Assembly (NCBI GenBank): GCA_021323165.1
Contig: JAJTCJ010000001.1
Span: 14,205 to 78,204 of the forward strand
Direction: 5' to 3'
Length of the DNA: 64,000 nucleotides
Origin: Bacteroidota bacterium
Lineage (GTDB): Bacteria > Bacteroidota > Bacteroidia > 2-12-FULL-35-15
This document shows, piece after piece, positions 41,915 to 51,034 of this stretch. Every line of letters begins with the position of its first letter. Within the stretch, counting starts at the first letter, position 1. The notes under the pieces were generated by a model. The model saw only the letters and a program-made list of their open reading frames with translations, did no database searches and was not told where the DNA came from. The position numbers and the translations under genes are program-made.

Positions 41915-42877
41915 ATGACCTGTAAGAAAAATGTATTGTTGCTGTTACTAAGCTTAAGCATTATCGAATGCGATGGGCAAAGCGACAGCATACCTGAAAA
42001 AGCAGAAAATTATTTTCGTTACAGTTATGACAACGATTTTTTCAGTGCAACTGATCGTTATTATACCCAGGGAGTCAGGCTGGAACTAATTCTTAAACCT
42101 TTAAAATATAATCCGCTTTCTTATCTATTATTAAAATTTAATAAAGGAGGTAAGAATTATTACGGACTTGCATTTGAAAGAGACGGTTTCACTCCCAGAA
42201 GTATTCGAGTTGATTCTCTGTATGTTGGCGAAAGACCTTTCGCTGGCGTTTCATTTCTGTCATCTTTCTTAGTATCGCTTGATCAAAAAAAAGAGCAGAA
42301 ATTATACACACAGCTGGATCTTGGTATCATGGGTCCGGCTTCTTTGGGAGAAGAGGAGCAAAAATACATTCATCGTAAATTAAACAATATTCAGCCATTA
42401 GGCTGGGAATACCAGGTAGCGAATGATATTGTTGTTAATTATATGCTACAGTATGAAAGGGGTATTTTAATGAAAAGGTATATTGAATTTATTGGAGGGG
42501 GCGAAGCCAGGGTAGGCACCTTGTATGATGATGTAAGCGCGGTTGGAACATTTCGTTTAGGAAGGATGCATAATTATTTTTCCAGCCTTGGAATTTCGAA
42601 ATATCCGGGATATAAAAAATTTCAATTTTATGCAATCCTAAGAGGAAGAATTAAAGCAGTAGCCTATAATGGAACGCTTCAGGGAGGAATGTTCAGCAAA
42701 AGTATTTATACTATCGAACCTCAAAATATTGAACGTTTGGTGGCCGCAGGCTCTTTCGGTTTGGTTATCGCATACAAACGTGTGAGCCTTGAATATACAA
42801 AATGGTATATTTCTCCTGAATTCCGCAATGGACTTTCTCATGGTTGGGGTCATTGTAATATCTCTGTTTGTTTTTAA
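41915..42877 (+). CDS. LpxR-family (DUF2219) outer-membrane beta-barrel, putative lipid A deacylase
   Basis: YDNDFFSATDRYYTQG, ERPFAG, GWEYQV, C-terminal aromatic residue. Confidence 0.82.
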   Translation: MTCKKNVLLLLLSLSIIECDGQSDSIPEKAENYFRYSYDNDFFSATDRYYTQGVRLELILKPLKYNPLSYLLLKFNKGGKNYYGLAFERDGFTPRSIRVDSLYVGERPFAGVSFLSSFLVSLDQKKEQKLYTQLDLGIMGPASLGEEEQKYIHRKLNNIQPLGWEYQVANDIVVNYMLQYERGILMKRYIEFIGGGEARVGTLYDDVSAVGTFRLGRMHNYFSSLGISKYPGYKKFQFYAILRGRIKAVAYNGTLQGGMFSKSIYTIEPQNIERLVAAGSFGLVIAYKRVSLEYTKWYISPEFRNGLSHGWGHCNISVCF

Positions 42878-42967
42878 TATTAAATCCCTCCGAACTCTTT
42901 ATTGGTCTGATTTTTCCCCATCCTTAACTGGAAAGTTTTTTGAGGGTGATAGAGTAAAAAACCTAAT

Positions 42968-44257
42968 ATGAAAATGAAGTTTTTACCTATTGTCTTAATG
43001 TTACTTTTCCCGCTTTGTCTTTTATCTGACAAGGTGAACATGAGCAGCGGCACTAAACACGTTGAAGTGAGAAAGCAGGGAAAAAATTATAAACTGTATG
43101 TTAATGGTTCACCCTACTTTATCAAAGGAGCGGGTGGGTACACCCATTTTGAAGATTTAAAAAAATATGGAGGGAATTCCGTTAGGCTCTGGAGCACGAT
43201 CGGGGCTAAGAAATATATGGACAAGGCCCATGAACTTGGATTGACTGTTACTTTAGGTCTTGATATGGAACTTGAAAGAAGAGGGTTTGACTACAACAAT
43301 AAGAAAGCAGTTGCAGAACAACTAGAGCGTCTAAAAAAGGAAGTCCTTGCGTTTAAAGATCATCCCGCTTTATTAATGTGGGGAGTAGGAAACGAGCTGG
43401 ATCAGTTTGCTCAGAATTATAATGTCTGGAATGCTGTTAATGATCTGGCTAAATTCATCCATGAAGTTGATCCGCATCATCCAACTACAACAATGCTTGC
43501 AGGAGTGCCCTTGCACCACGTAAAGGAGATCATGAAGAGGGCTCCTGAAATAGATGTATTATCCCTTAATGCGTTTCTCGATCTTCCGAATGTTCGCGGA
43601 CACCTGAACCGTGCCAATTATAAGGGCCCTTATCTTATCGGAGAATGGGGGGCTTCCGGATATTGGGAATCACCATTAACTCCGTGGGGTGCATTCATAG
43701 AACAAACGAGCACAGCGAAAGCCGAAATGGTGGAGCAATATTATCAGTCTGCAATAGCCGGCCACCCTGACAGGTGTCTGGGTTCTTATATATTTTACTG
43801 GGGATACAAGCAAGCGCGTACTCACACTCTTTTGAGTATGTATTTGGAAAGCGGGCATGAAACGGGCATGCTTGACGTAATGGAAAAATACTGGACAGGA
43901 AAAGATCCCGCTAATAAAGCACCCGAAGTGTTGCCAATTGGTATTGATGATAAACAAACCCATCTTGGTGTCTACCTGGCGCCCGGATCTTCTCACATGG
44001 CTTACACGGATTGTAAAGATCCTGATAACGACACATTATATTATTATTGGGAAGTCTTTCATGAAAGCCAGGAAAAGAAAGAAGGCGGAGACAAAGAGGA
44101 AAAGCCTGAAGCAATCGATGGCTTGATCATTAATGGAAAAGGTAAAGCTTTGTCTTTTAAGGCACCGAACAAACCAGGCCCTTACAGATTGTTTCTTTAT
44201 GTTTATGACGGCAAGAATAAAGTGGCTACAGCAAATGCACCGTTCTATGTGAATTAG
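42968..44257 (+). CDS. Secreted clan GH-A glycoside hydrolase (GH2-TIM-like, probably GH158/GH157-type) with C-terminal Ig domain
   Basis: Signal peptide; NGSPYFIKG, GGNSVRLW, WGVGNE (E143), YLIGEWG (E226); Ig-like tail PGPYRLFLYVYDG. Confidence 0.8.
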   Translation: MKMKFLPIVLMLLFPLCLLSDKVNMSSGTKHVEVRKQGKNYKLYVNGSPYFIKGAGGYTHFEDLKKYGGNSVRLWSTIGAKKYMDKAHELGLTVTLGLDMELERRGFDYNNKKAVAEQLERLKKEVLAFKDHPALLMWGVGNELDQFAQNYNVWNAVNDLAKFIHEVDPHHPTTTMLAGVPLHHVKEIMKRAPEIDVLSLNAFLDLPNVRGHLNRANYKGPYLIGEWGASGYWESPLTPWGAFIEQTSTAKAEMVEQYYQSAIAGHPDRCLGSYIFYWGYKQARTHTLLSMYLESGHETGMLDVMEKYWTGKDPANKAPEVLPIGIDDKQTHLGVYLAPGSSHMAYTDCKDPDNDTLYYYWEVFHESQEKKEGGDKEEKPEAIDGLIINGKGKALSFKAPNKPGPYRLFLYVYDGKNKVATANAPFYVN

Positions 44258-44558
44258 ATCTAAAGAAAAATTAACATTTGATTTATATTCTTACGTAAGT
44301 TTGTTTTAACCTGAATCAATTCATTCTATTCAATAAGTTAATGATTAACCGAAGCGGATGTTAAAATACATTTGCAGATGATCTTATTTCTATTCAATAG
44401 TATCATCGTAAGTTTTAGAATAAGCTGTATGTAAAATTTATTTGAAATTTATCCGGACCAGATAAATTTATTATCATCTAAATAAGATAAAATAGGAATC
44501 AATAAGATCATTAAGTATTGAAAAAAAGAAATAACAAACCTATTATAAATGAGTGTTG

Positions 44559-46994
44559 TTATTTTTCAGTATTCATCGTTAACAATGCGCTCATATGTGT
44601 GTTTAGCGATTGAACCCATCCGGCCAGTCGCATATGACTTACTTTTGTTTTATCAGGATATTGCATCGCGATATTAACAGTTTCCAAAGGATCATTTTTA
44701 AGATCATACATTTCAGTTATGTTCTTTGTCGCATTGAAAATGTATTTTTTATCTCCCTCTCTGTAACCAAAAAGAAAATCAGCCCATGGGGTAAAAAAGA
44801 AAACCCGGTCTGATTCGGTTTTAGTAAACAGATCACTTCCCTGCCATTTTTCAGAAACAGGAAGTCCCAGCTGATTCATAATTGTTGGAGCAAGATCTAC
44901 CAGGCCTCCAATACCGGGCTGATGTTCTCCTTTAAACGAAGGATTGATTAACACACATGGTACATGAAGATTTTCTTCATAAATACCTGAGGCATGATTA
45001 AATTGATTGTGTCTTCCGAATGCCTCACCGTGATCGCCAACAACTACCACAAGAGTTGATTCTGACAATCCATTATTTTTAAGATCATCCAATAATTTCC
45101 CTAAAACCTGATCACTGTGATTAACTGCATTTAAATATTTATTGAACATCGGATCAGGTGTATAAAATTTTTCATTCCCGGAAGTAAAATACGGATAGTG
45201 GGTTTGATAGGTCCACATCATGGAAAAGAAAGGTTTGTCTTTTTCCTGATTTATCCAGCTCATCATATCGTCCGAAGTGCAGATGTCATCTTTCCCATCA
45301 AGAAAATCCCAGTTCTTATCGTTTACTTCAAAGTGTTTACTGCATTCGACAGTGCTGCAATCTTTAATATTATCGAATTCCCTGTTGGCTAAAAATTCCC
45401 CGGCTTTTTGAAAACGATTATCTGCAGAATTAAAAAATGCTGTGCGGTACCCATGCTTTTTAAGTTCAGAACTGATCGTAGGAATCTGAATGTCCGGATG
45501 TTCTTTTGTTATGCTGTTATAAGATAACCAAGGATACACCGATCCCAAAATACTCACCATTGAATTGTTTGTGGCTGGAGCATGCGCATAAACATTATCG
45601 AATACAATCGATTCTTTAAGGTGTTTTTCCAGTTCAGGTGTTATTTTATATGTTCCGGAGTACGGTTGAACATATTCTGCCGGAGTTGATTCCATTACAA
45701 AAACGATCACATTTTTAATTGCGGAATTTTTCTTTGATTGGGTTGTGATATTTAATTTCGGGCTCAAATCAAATTTTAAACTATCCTCTACATCCATTGT
45801 AAAAAGTTCCGGATCCTCGGAAAACGGGCCCAATGAACTTGTAAAGGCAACCACCGGATTGGCAAGCTTATTATATTCCCAATTATAGTGCTGAATTGCG
45901 TCAGGTGCAAGAGTTATATAAATTGCACTGCTGCAAACCAAAGAAGAAAGCAAAGTTCCTTTCATTCGTAATTTCTGAAGGAGTATATCTGTAACAAGAA
46001 TAATTGTCATTACAGAAATAAAGGCCGCTGTACAAACCATAAGGATTTGCAGGCAGTATGTAAGAGAAATATTTGAAGTCACAGCAGCCTGCGCATCCGA
46101 ACTTTTCAGGAAATCAGAATAATATAACCATGGATAGTTAAAAGGTTTTCCTATTGTCTGCACCACACGGATGTTCAAAATGCCGGCAACAAAAGAGAAC
46201 AGTGCTAGTCCTATGAATGATCCTGTCAGATATTTCTCTGCTTTAGGTTTGTGTCTGAAAACTTTAAGCAGAATCAGGAAAACTCCAGCAAGTATCAGGG
46301 TGTAAACAACATCATAAAATCCGGCCCACAGAACTTTTGGAAAGGATCTGAAGGGATGAAAGTATAGATCCCAGCATTGTCCCGTTACTGAAGAACGTAT
46401 AAAAACCAATCCCAGAGAAAGCACTATCGCAGTGGCCGCAATAATTTTTACCGGACCGGCATATATTGGCATTCCTTTAAAGCGGTAGGATCTTAATATC
46501 AGGAAGAAGAAAAATAATATTGTTGATATACTCAATAGCGGAATTGCAAAGTCGAGAATTGTTACCGGATCGCCCGGGCGGATCTTTAATTTGGATGGAA
46601 TAAGAACGGTATTGTTATTTATCGCCATCGTGTGATAGTCTTTCTGCGGCTCTTTATTAGTGTCCCAGATATCAACAGGTTTTTTTGCCGGTCCTTTTGA
46701 TATCCAGAATACATAATCTATCATCGTGTTCTTCGGGACTTTGAGATCTACCACAAAACAATGAGCCTTTTTTTTCATCGGACTAAAAACAAGATTGTCT
46801 TTAATATACGATCCTTCAGGCCTTAAGGATGTCGCAGCGATCTGCCAGTTGTTGACTCCCCAAACAAAAAACATTTCTTCTGCCTCTGAAGTTACATACC
46901 TTATTTCTTGTTTCACAAGAGTATCATTAACCTGTGCACAAATAATCGCAGGTAAAATATTTAAGAAGGCTAAAAACACAAGTAATCTTTTCAT
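44559..46994 (-). CDS. LtaS/BcsG-like membrane phosphotransferase (alkaline phosphatase superfamily) with N-terminal CBM25/53-like domain
   Basis: Signal peptide; VWGVNNW...IDYVFW...WDTN...DYH; 5-6 TMs; VFVMES, APATNNS (Thr nucleophile position), QTHYPY, GDHGE. Confidence 0.78.
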   Translation of the reverse strand: MKRLLVFLAFLNILPAIICAQVNDTLVKQEIRYVTSEAEEMFFVWGVNNWQIAATSLRPEGSYIKDNLVFSPMKKKAHCFVVDLKVPKNTMIDYVFWISKGPAKKPVDIWDTNKEPQKDYHTMAINNNTVLIPSKLKIRPGDPVTILDFAIPLLSISTILFFFFLILRSYRFKGMPIYAGPVKIIAATAIVLSLGLVFIRSSVTGQCWDLYFHPFRSFPKVLWAGFYDVVYTLILAGVFLILLKVFRHKPKAEKYLTGSFIGLALFSFVAGILNIRVVQTIGKPFNYPWLYYSDFLKSSDAQAAVTSNISLTYCLQILMVCTAAFISVMTIILVTDILLQKLRMKGTLLSSLVCSSAIYITLAPDAIQHYNWEYNKLANPVVAFTSSLGPFSEDPELFTMDVEDSLKFDLSPKLNITTQSKKNSAIKNVIVFVMESTPAEYVQPYSGTYKITPELEKHLKESIVFDNVYAHAPATNNSMVSILGSVYPWLSYNSITKEHPDIQIPTISSELKKHGYRTAFFNSADNRFQKAGEFLANREFDNIKDCSTVECSKHFEVNDKNWDFLDGKDDICTSDDMMSWINQEKDKPFFSMMWTYQTHYPYFTSGNEKFYTPDPMFNKYLNAVNHSDQVLGKLLDDLKNNGLSESTLVVVVGDHGEAFGRHNQFNHASGIYEENLHVPCVLINPSFKGEHQPGIGGLVDLAPTIMNQLGLPVSEKWQGSDLFTKTESDRVFFFTPWADFLFGYREGDKKYIFNATKNITEMYDLKNDPLETVNIAMQYPDKTKVSHMRLAGWVQSLNTHMSALLTMNTEK

Positions 46995-47006
46995 GATACG
47001 TAAAAT

Positions 47007-50000
47007 CTAATAAACCTTAATCGGAACAGAGGCGGTGGCCACATTCCCGCTCTCATCACTCACGTGCAGATATAATCTGTAGGTTGCTTTTTTTTCCGGG
47101 ATCATAACTCTTGCTTCCGATACATTGTCTGTAGAGCTGATCGCATCTATTTTTTCCAGGTATTCATATTTTTGAAGGGTCCATTCGTAGTTCAAACCTT
47201 CTTTATCTCTGCCTTCTACAATTGCGGTGAAAGTGAATTCTTCTCCGGGTCTGATCTTGTCAGGGGCCTTAATTCTGCAGAATCCAGCTGTATATTTCGA
47301 ATCTTTTCCTGTCCATAATTTTTTCAAAGCGTGGTAAGAAGCTTTGGGTCTTCCGCTATAGTCTGTAAGTCCGAACCATGTGTGAGTCCCTTCCATCCTG
47401 TCGTGCCAGCAATATGCTATTCCTCCAATGTTATAGCCGGCATTTCCTTCAACATATTTAGTCCATTGTTCAGTATACCAATCTGCTTTTTCTTTCTCAC
47501 TGTCTTCAACTAAAAGTGTTCTGGAAGTTCTGTTATACTTAGGATCCCAATATCCGCGAGGCCCGAATTCGGAAATAACATAAGGCCTTGTAGAATCGAA
47601 CTGATAGAACACATGATTGAGTTTTGAGATCTGTTCTTTATAATAAGAGTTTATTCCTATAACATCTACTGAAGGTATAGCGTCATGATAAGCAACAAGT
47701 TCTCCAGGCAACTGATATTCTTCATGTTCCATACAACTAAAAACAGGTCTGGTCGGGTCGATCGCATGAATACGCTGAGCAAGTAATTCGATCATGTTAA
47801 CATAGCTCTGACGAACCTTTGTCAGGTAAGGCTTGTTAAAATTATGCTTAAGCAATCCCCAGGTTTCATTACCAAGCGACCATGCAAGAACAGAAGGATG
47901 ATCTTTAAATTCACGAACCATTTCTTCTACACCCGCCATGTATTCTTCAACCTGTTCACAATCCTTATAATAATCAACTTTCGGATCAAACCAAAAGCCA
48001 TACAAGACATTCAGATTATACTCACCGGCAATATTGAGTACATTTTTATCATAAATTCCATGGTCATAACGTCTGATCGTATTAGCTCCCATCTCTTTAA
48101 TTTTCTGCATATCTTTTTCAACCTGTCTTCTGGTTAATGGCATATTTCCATCTCTCCAGTCATGCGCTGTATTATAGGCTACTCCTTTTATATAGAAAGG
48201 TTTTCCTTTGATCATCAACTTGAAACTTCCTGTATTTCCAGTGATAAATTTTGAATGATATTTTTTATCAGGTTGTACTGCTATACTCGTGATGTCATAA
48301 AATGTTTCTTTATTGAAAGGAGAAGCAGACATGCTTTTTTCAATGCTCACAATGGTATTATTATCAGCCAGATTAAAATCTGAAACATACTGTTTACCAT
48401 TTATATATTTCGGTTTTGTCTGATCAAACAAAATGGCTGCATGTATCTCTTTGTATTTTTCTTTAATATTCCTGAAAGCGTCCGATAACCATTCTCCCTG
48501 CTGGTTGCTGGAAACTGAACCTAACTCAGTGATTATGTAAGGTTTTTGAAACTGACTGAAACTGGTACGGAATGGTTCATATAATTGAGCAAATGAATAT
48601 CTGTTTTTAGCATTCAATGCTGCTTCATAATTCAAACAGCTCACTCCGATCCAATCAAGGAATTTAGGTCCGGGATAAAAAGCGGTTGAAGTTGAATACT
48701 TTGGATTCCACACCCAGGTTACGTTAGAGGTTCCGAGATCATTAAAGAATGTATAGATGTATTGCCATGCTTTTATAAATTCCTGCGGTGAATTGGAAGT
48801 ATGAGTAAGGCCGTCATTATCATCAAAGCCCGGAGAAAAGTTAATGAGCACTGGGTCTTGGAATGCTCTCAGAGTTCCTGCGAAGCGCTCAAGATAATCA
48901 TCATACTTTCCTGAAGATATGCCTTTCCACATTTCATCATTGATCAAAGGTGTTTGCCATATGATCATAGGCATGGTTTTCAAGCCTTTAATTTTAGGCA
49001 GATTTTGATTGATCGTTATAGTGGTATCCCAAGGTTCTTTAAATGAAACAATCTCTGAATTATTATCGAAAAGAACATTTGTATTATTTATTTTTTTAAG
49101 ATCAATTTTTTCATCCAACGTTATTCCGGTGAAAAACCCGCCAAAATCCTTTTGCTTTATTGAGCTACCCGTTTCTTGTTCATTATCGATACTGTTATAG
49201 CTTAAAAACAATAAAGCACTCCCGAGTAGCAGAGCTACAGGTCCATTTCTAAGCAAACCATAAATAATGTGTTGGGTTTTGTCTGCCACCACATGAATAT
49301 TTTTATTTAAAACAGATACTAATGAAACAGAACTCATTTTAACCTGAAGATTATCAAGGAATTTCTGCTGGCTCATAAAAACTATCAGTCCAAGCATTCC
49401 GGCATTTATCAATGCATAAAATGCCATGGCAAGACTGTATGGGGACCAATCCAATGTTAATCCATAAGCGATACCGATTCCGCAGATTAGCGCTATAATA
49501 AAATTCGGAATGCTTAATTGCCAGTAGTTTTGATGCTCGTCTTCCTTTGGAGTCGGTATATAAGGAACTTTAATGTTAAAAATGGCATATATAAATCCGA
49601 TTAAAAAGATCCACCAGGTTGCTGTGCGCAATATTCCTCCTGCCAGATGAAATCCCCGTTCGTGTTTTTCAAGTAACCACCGTTGTGCGAAAAGCCTTAT
49701 TATCATTGATAATCCACATAAAGGAATAAAGAACATCCCGAAATTCTGCAGATCAACTTCCCATGGTACTTCGGCAAAAGATAAGGCCAGCAAAGGAACG
49801 AGGATATCAATAAAATTGATCAGGCCAAAAAGGAAATACATTGGAATGGTGAAGTAATGTATTTTTTGTCTCCACGTGAAATTTTTATAAAGTTTTGGGA
49901 AGGTGTTGAACAACAGATCAAATGTGCCTCTTGACCATTTAAGCTGTTGTTTATAATAAGATGATAGTGTTGCCGGAACTAATCCGCGGGTTAATATTTC

Positions 50001-50867
50001 AGGAATGTAAATAGATTTCCATCCTTTTGCATGCAGTTGCATGGCAGTATGCATATCTTCTGAGAGTCCAGCGGCATGCCCACCAATTGAATCCAGCGCA
50101 CTTCTTCTAAAGGCACAGTTTGCACCGATAGCCTGAACAGTCCCGTAGGTATTCATGCACATCATCATGGGACCATAAAAGTGATATGTTTGTTCAGCGG
50201 CTCCTCTCGCAATTATACTTTCATTCTGATTGCCGTATGCCTGGACGCTCTGAACAAAACCTATTTCCGGATCTTCAAAATAAGGAAGAACGCGATCGAT
50301 GAATTCAGGAACAGGGACGTGATCGGGATCCAGGACAATTGCAATATCACCCGTTGCTTGTTTCAAAGCATTATTAATATTTCCTGCTTTTGCATTTATT
50401 TTTTCAATCCTGGTAACGTGGATAATTCCTAATTCATCACAAACTTTTTTTAACACCGGATCATTTCCTTCATCACACAGATAGTTTGTATGAGGATAAC
50501 GGATCTCTTTCATAGCACGCAATGTGCGAATAATCATTTCCTGTGGTTCTCCCGGGCAGGCAGTTGTAAGAATATCGACTGTATATTTGGTTTTTAATTC
50601 CGGACGGACAGGAATGCTGAGGCTCCAGTAGTGATACCATTCATGCAGCATCTTTACCATTTTAAAGAGCAAAGCAATGGTCAGCAACCAAAATATGGGC
50701 TTATAGCCAATATGTGCCGGGCTGATAAACCACCAGACAAAAATGCCCATTAACCCAAGTCCGCATCCAATAAGGACACGAATTGTCCACACGTCTTTCT
50801 TTTTTATTTCCGAGATCTTTATAGTCTCATTTTTAGTGTTTTCGTAGCTTTTCATCATTCCCTTCAA
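47007..50867 (-). CDS. Processive GT2 polysaccharide synthase fused to a GH26-like and a clan GH-A (GH158-like) domain
   Basis: CDEG, KAGNIN, DPDH, SED, QQLKW (49935-49949), TM block; GH26-like WVWNP, DWIGVS, IITELG; then KGKPFYIKG, WSLGNE, VISEFG and Ig tail. Confidence 0.85.
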   Translation of the reverse strand: MKGMMKSYENTKNETIKISEIKKKDVWTIRVLIGCGLGLMGIFVWWFISPAHIGYKPIFWLLTIALLFKMVKMLHEWYHYWSLSIPVRPELKTKYTVDILTTACPGEPQEMIIRTLRAMKEIRYPHTNYLCDEGNDPVLKKVCDELGIIHVTRIEKINAKAGNINNALKQATGDIAIVLDPDHVPVPEFIDRVLPYFEDPEIGFVQSVQAYGNQNESIIARGAAEQTYHFYGPMMMCMNTYGTVQAIGANCAFRRSALDSIGGHAAGLSEDMHTAMQLHAKGWKSIYIPEILTRGLVPATLSSYYKQQLKWSRGTFDLLFNTFPKLYKNFTWRQKIHYFTIPMYFLFGLINFIDILVPLLALSFAEVPWEVDLQNFGMFFIPLCGLSMIIRLFAQRWLLEKHERGFHLAGGILRTATWWIFLIGFIYAIFNIKVPYIPTPKEDEHQNYWQLSIPNFIIALICGIGIAYGLTLDWSPYSLAMAFYALINAGMLGLIVFMSQQKFLDNLQVKMSSVSLVSVLNKNIHVVADKTQHIIYGLLRNGPVALLLGSALLFLSYNSIDNEQETGSSIKQKDFGGFFTGITLDEKIDLKKINNTNVLFDNNSEIVSFKEPWDTTITINQNLPKIKGLKTMPMIIWQTPLINDEMWKGISSGKYDDYLERFAGTLRAFQDPVLINFSPGFDDNDGLTHTSNSPQEFIKAWQYIYTFFNDLGTSNVTWVWNPKYSTSTAFYPGPKFLDWIGVSCLNYEAALNAKNRYSFAQLYEPFRTSFSQFQKPYIITELGSVSSNQQGEWLSDAFRNIKEKYKEIHAAILFDQTKPKYINGKQYVSDFNLADNNTIVSIEKSMSASPFNKETFYDITSIAVQPDKKYHSKFITGNTGSFKLMIKGKPFYIKGVAYNTAHDWRDGNMPLTRRQVEKDMQKIKEMGANTIRRYDHGIYDKNVLNIAGEYNLNVLYGFWFDPKVDYYKDCEQVEEYMAGVEEMVREFKDHPSVLAWSLGNETWGLLKHNFNKPYLTKVRQSYVNMIELLAQRIHAIDPTRPVFSCMEHEEYQLPGELVAYHDAIPSVDVIGINSYYKEQISKLNHVFYQFDSTRPYVISEFGPRGYWDPKYNRTSRTLLVEDSEKEKADWYTEQWTKYVEGNAGYNIGGIAYCWHDRMEGTHTWFGLTDYSGRPKASYHALKKLWTGKDSKYTAGFCRIKAPDKIRPGEEFTFTAIVEGRDKEGLNYEWTLQKYEYLEKIDAISSTDNVSEARVMIPEKKATYRLYLHVSDESGNVATASVPIKVY

Positions 50868-50921
50868 GAGTAGTTAATATTCCCCATTAAAAAATTATAC
50901 CTGTTCCTGAAAGAATGAAAT

Positions 50922-50948
50922 AAAAAAACCACGCGTAAAGCGTGGTTT
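50922..50948 (-). terminator. Intrinsic terminator downstream of the 51035-51499 gene
   Basis: Stem AAACCACGC/GCGTGGTTT, 5-nt loop, U-tract on the minus strand. Confidence 0.85.
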
Positions 50949-51034
50949 CAATTTTCAGAATTCATATTAACCAATAAAACTTATGACTCTGATTTTTAAA
51001 AACAAATCAAGTTATAATCGGACCGGATTTATTA

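Noticed and set aside
44559-46994. Call as a true sulfatase
   Set aside because: Lacks the C/S-x-P-x-R motif; has Thr and a TM block like LtaS/BcsG.
47007-50867. Call as bcsA of a classical cellulose operon
   Set aside because: No PilZ domain, QQLKW variant, fused hydrolases and no bcsB/C/Z; product linkage is not established.
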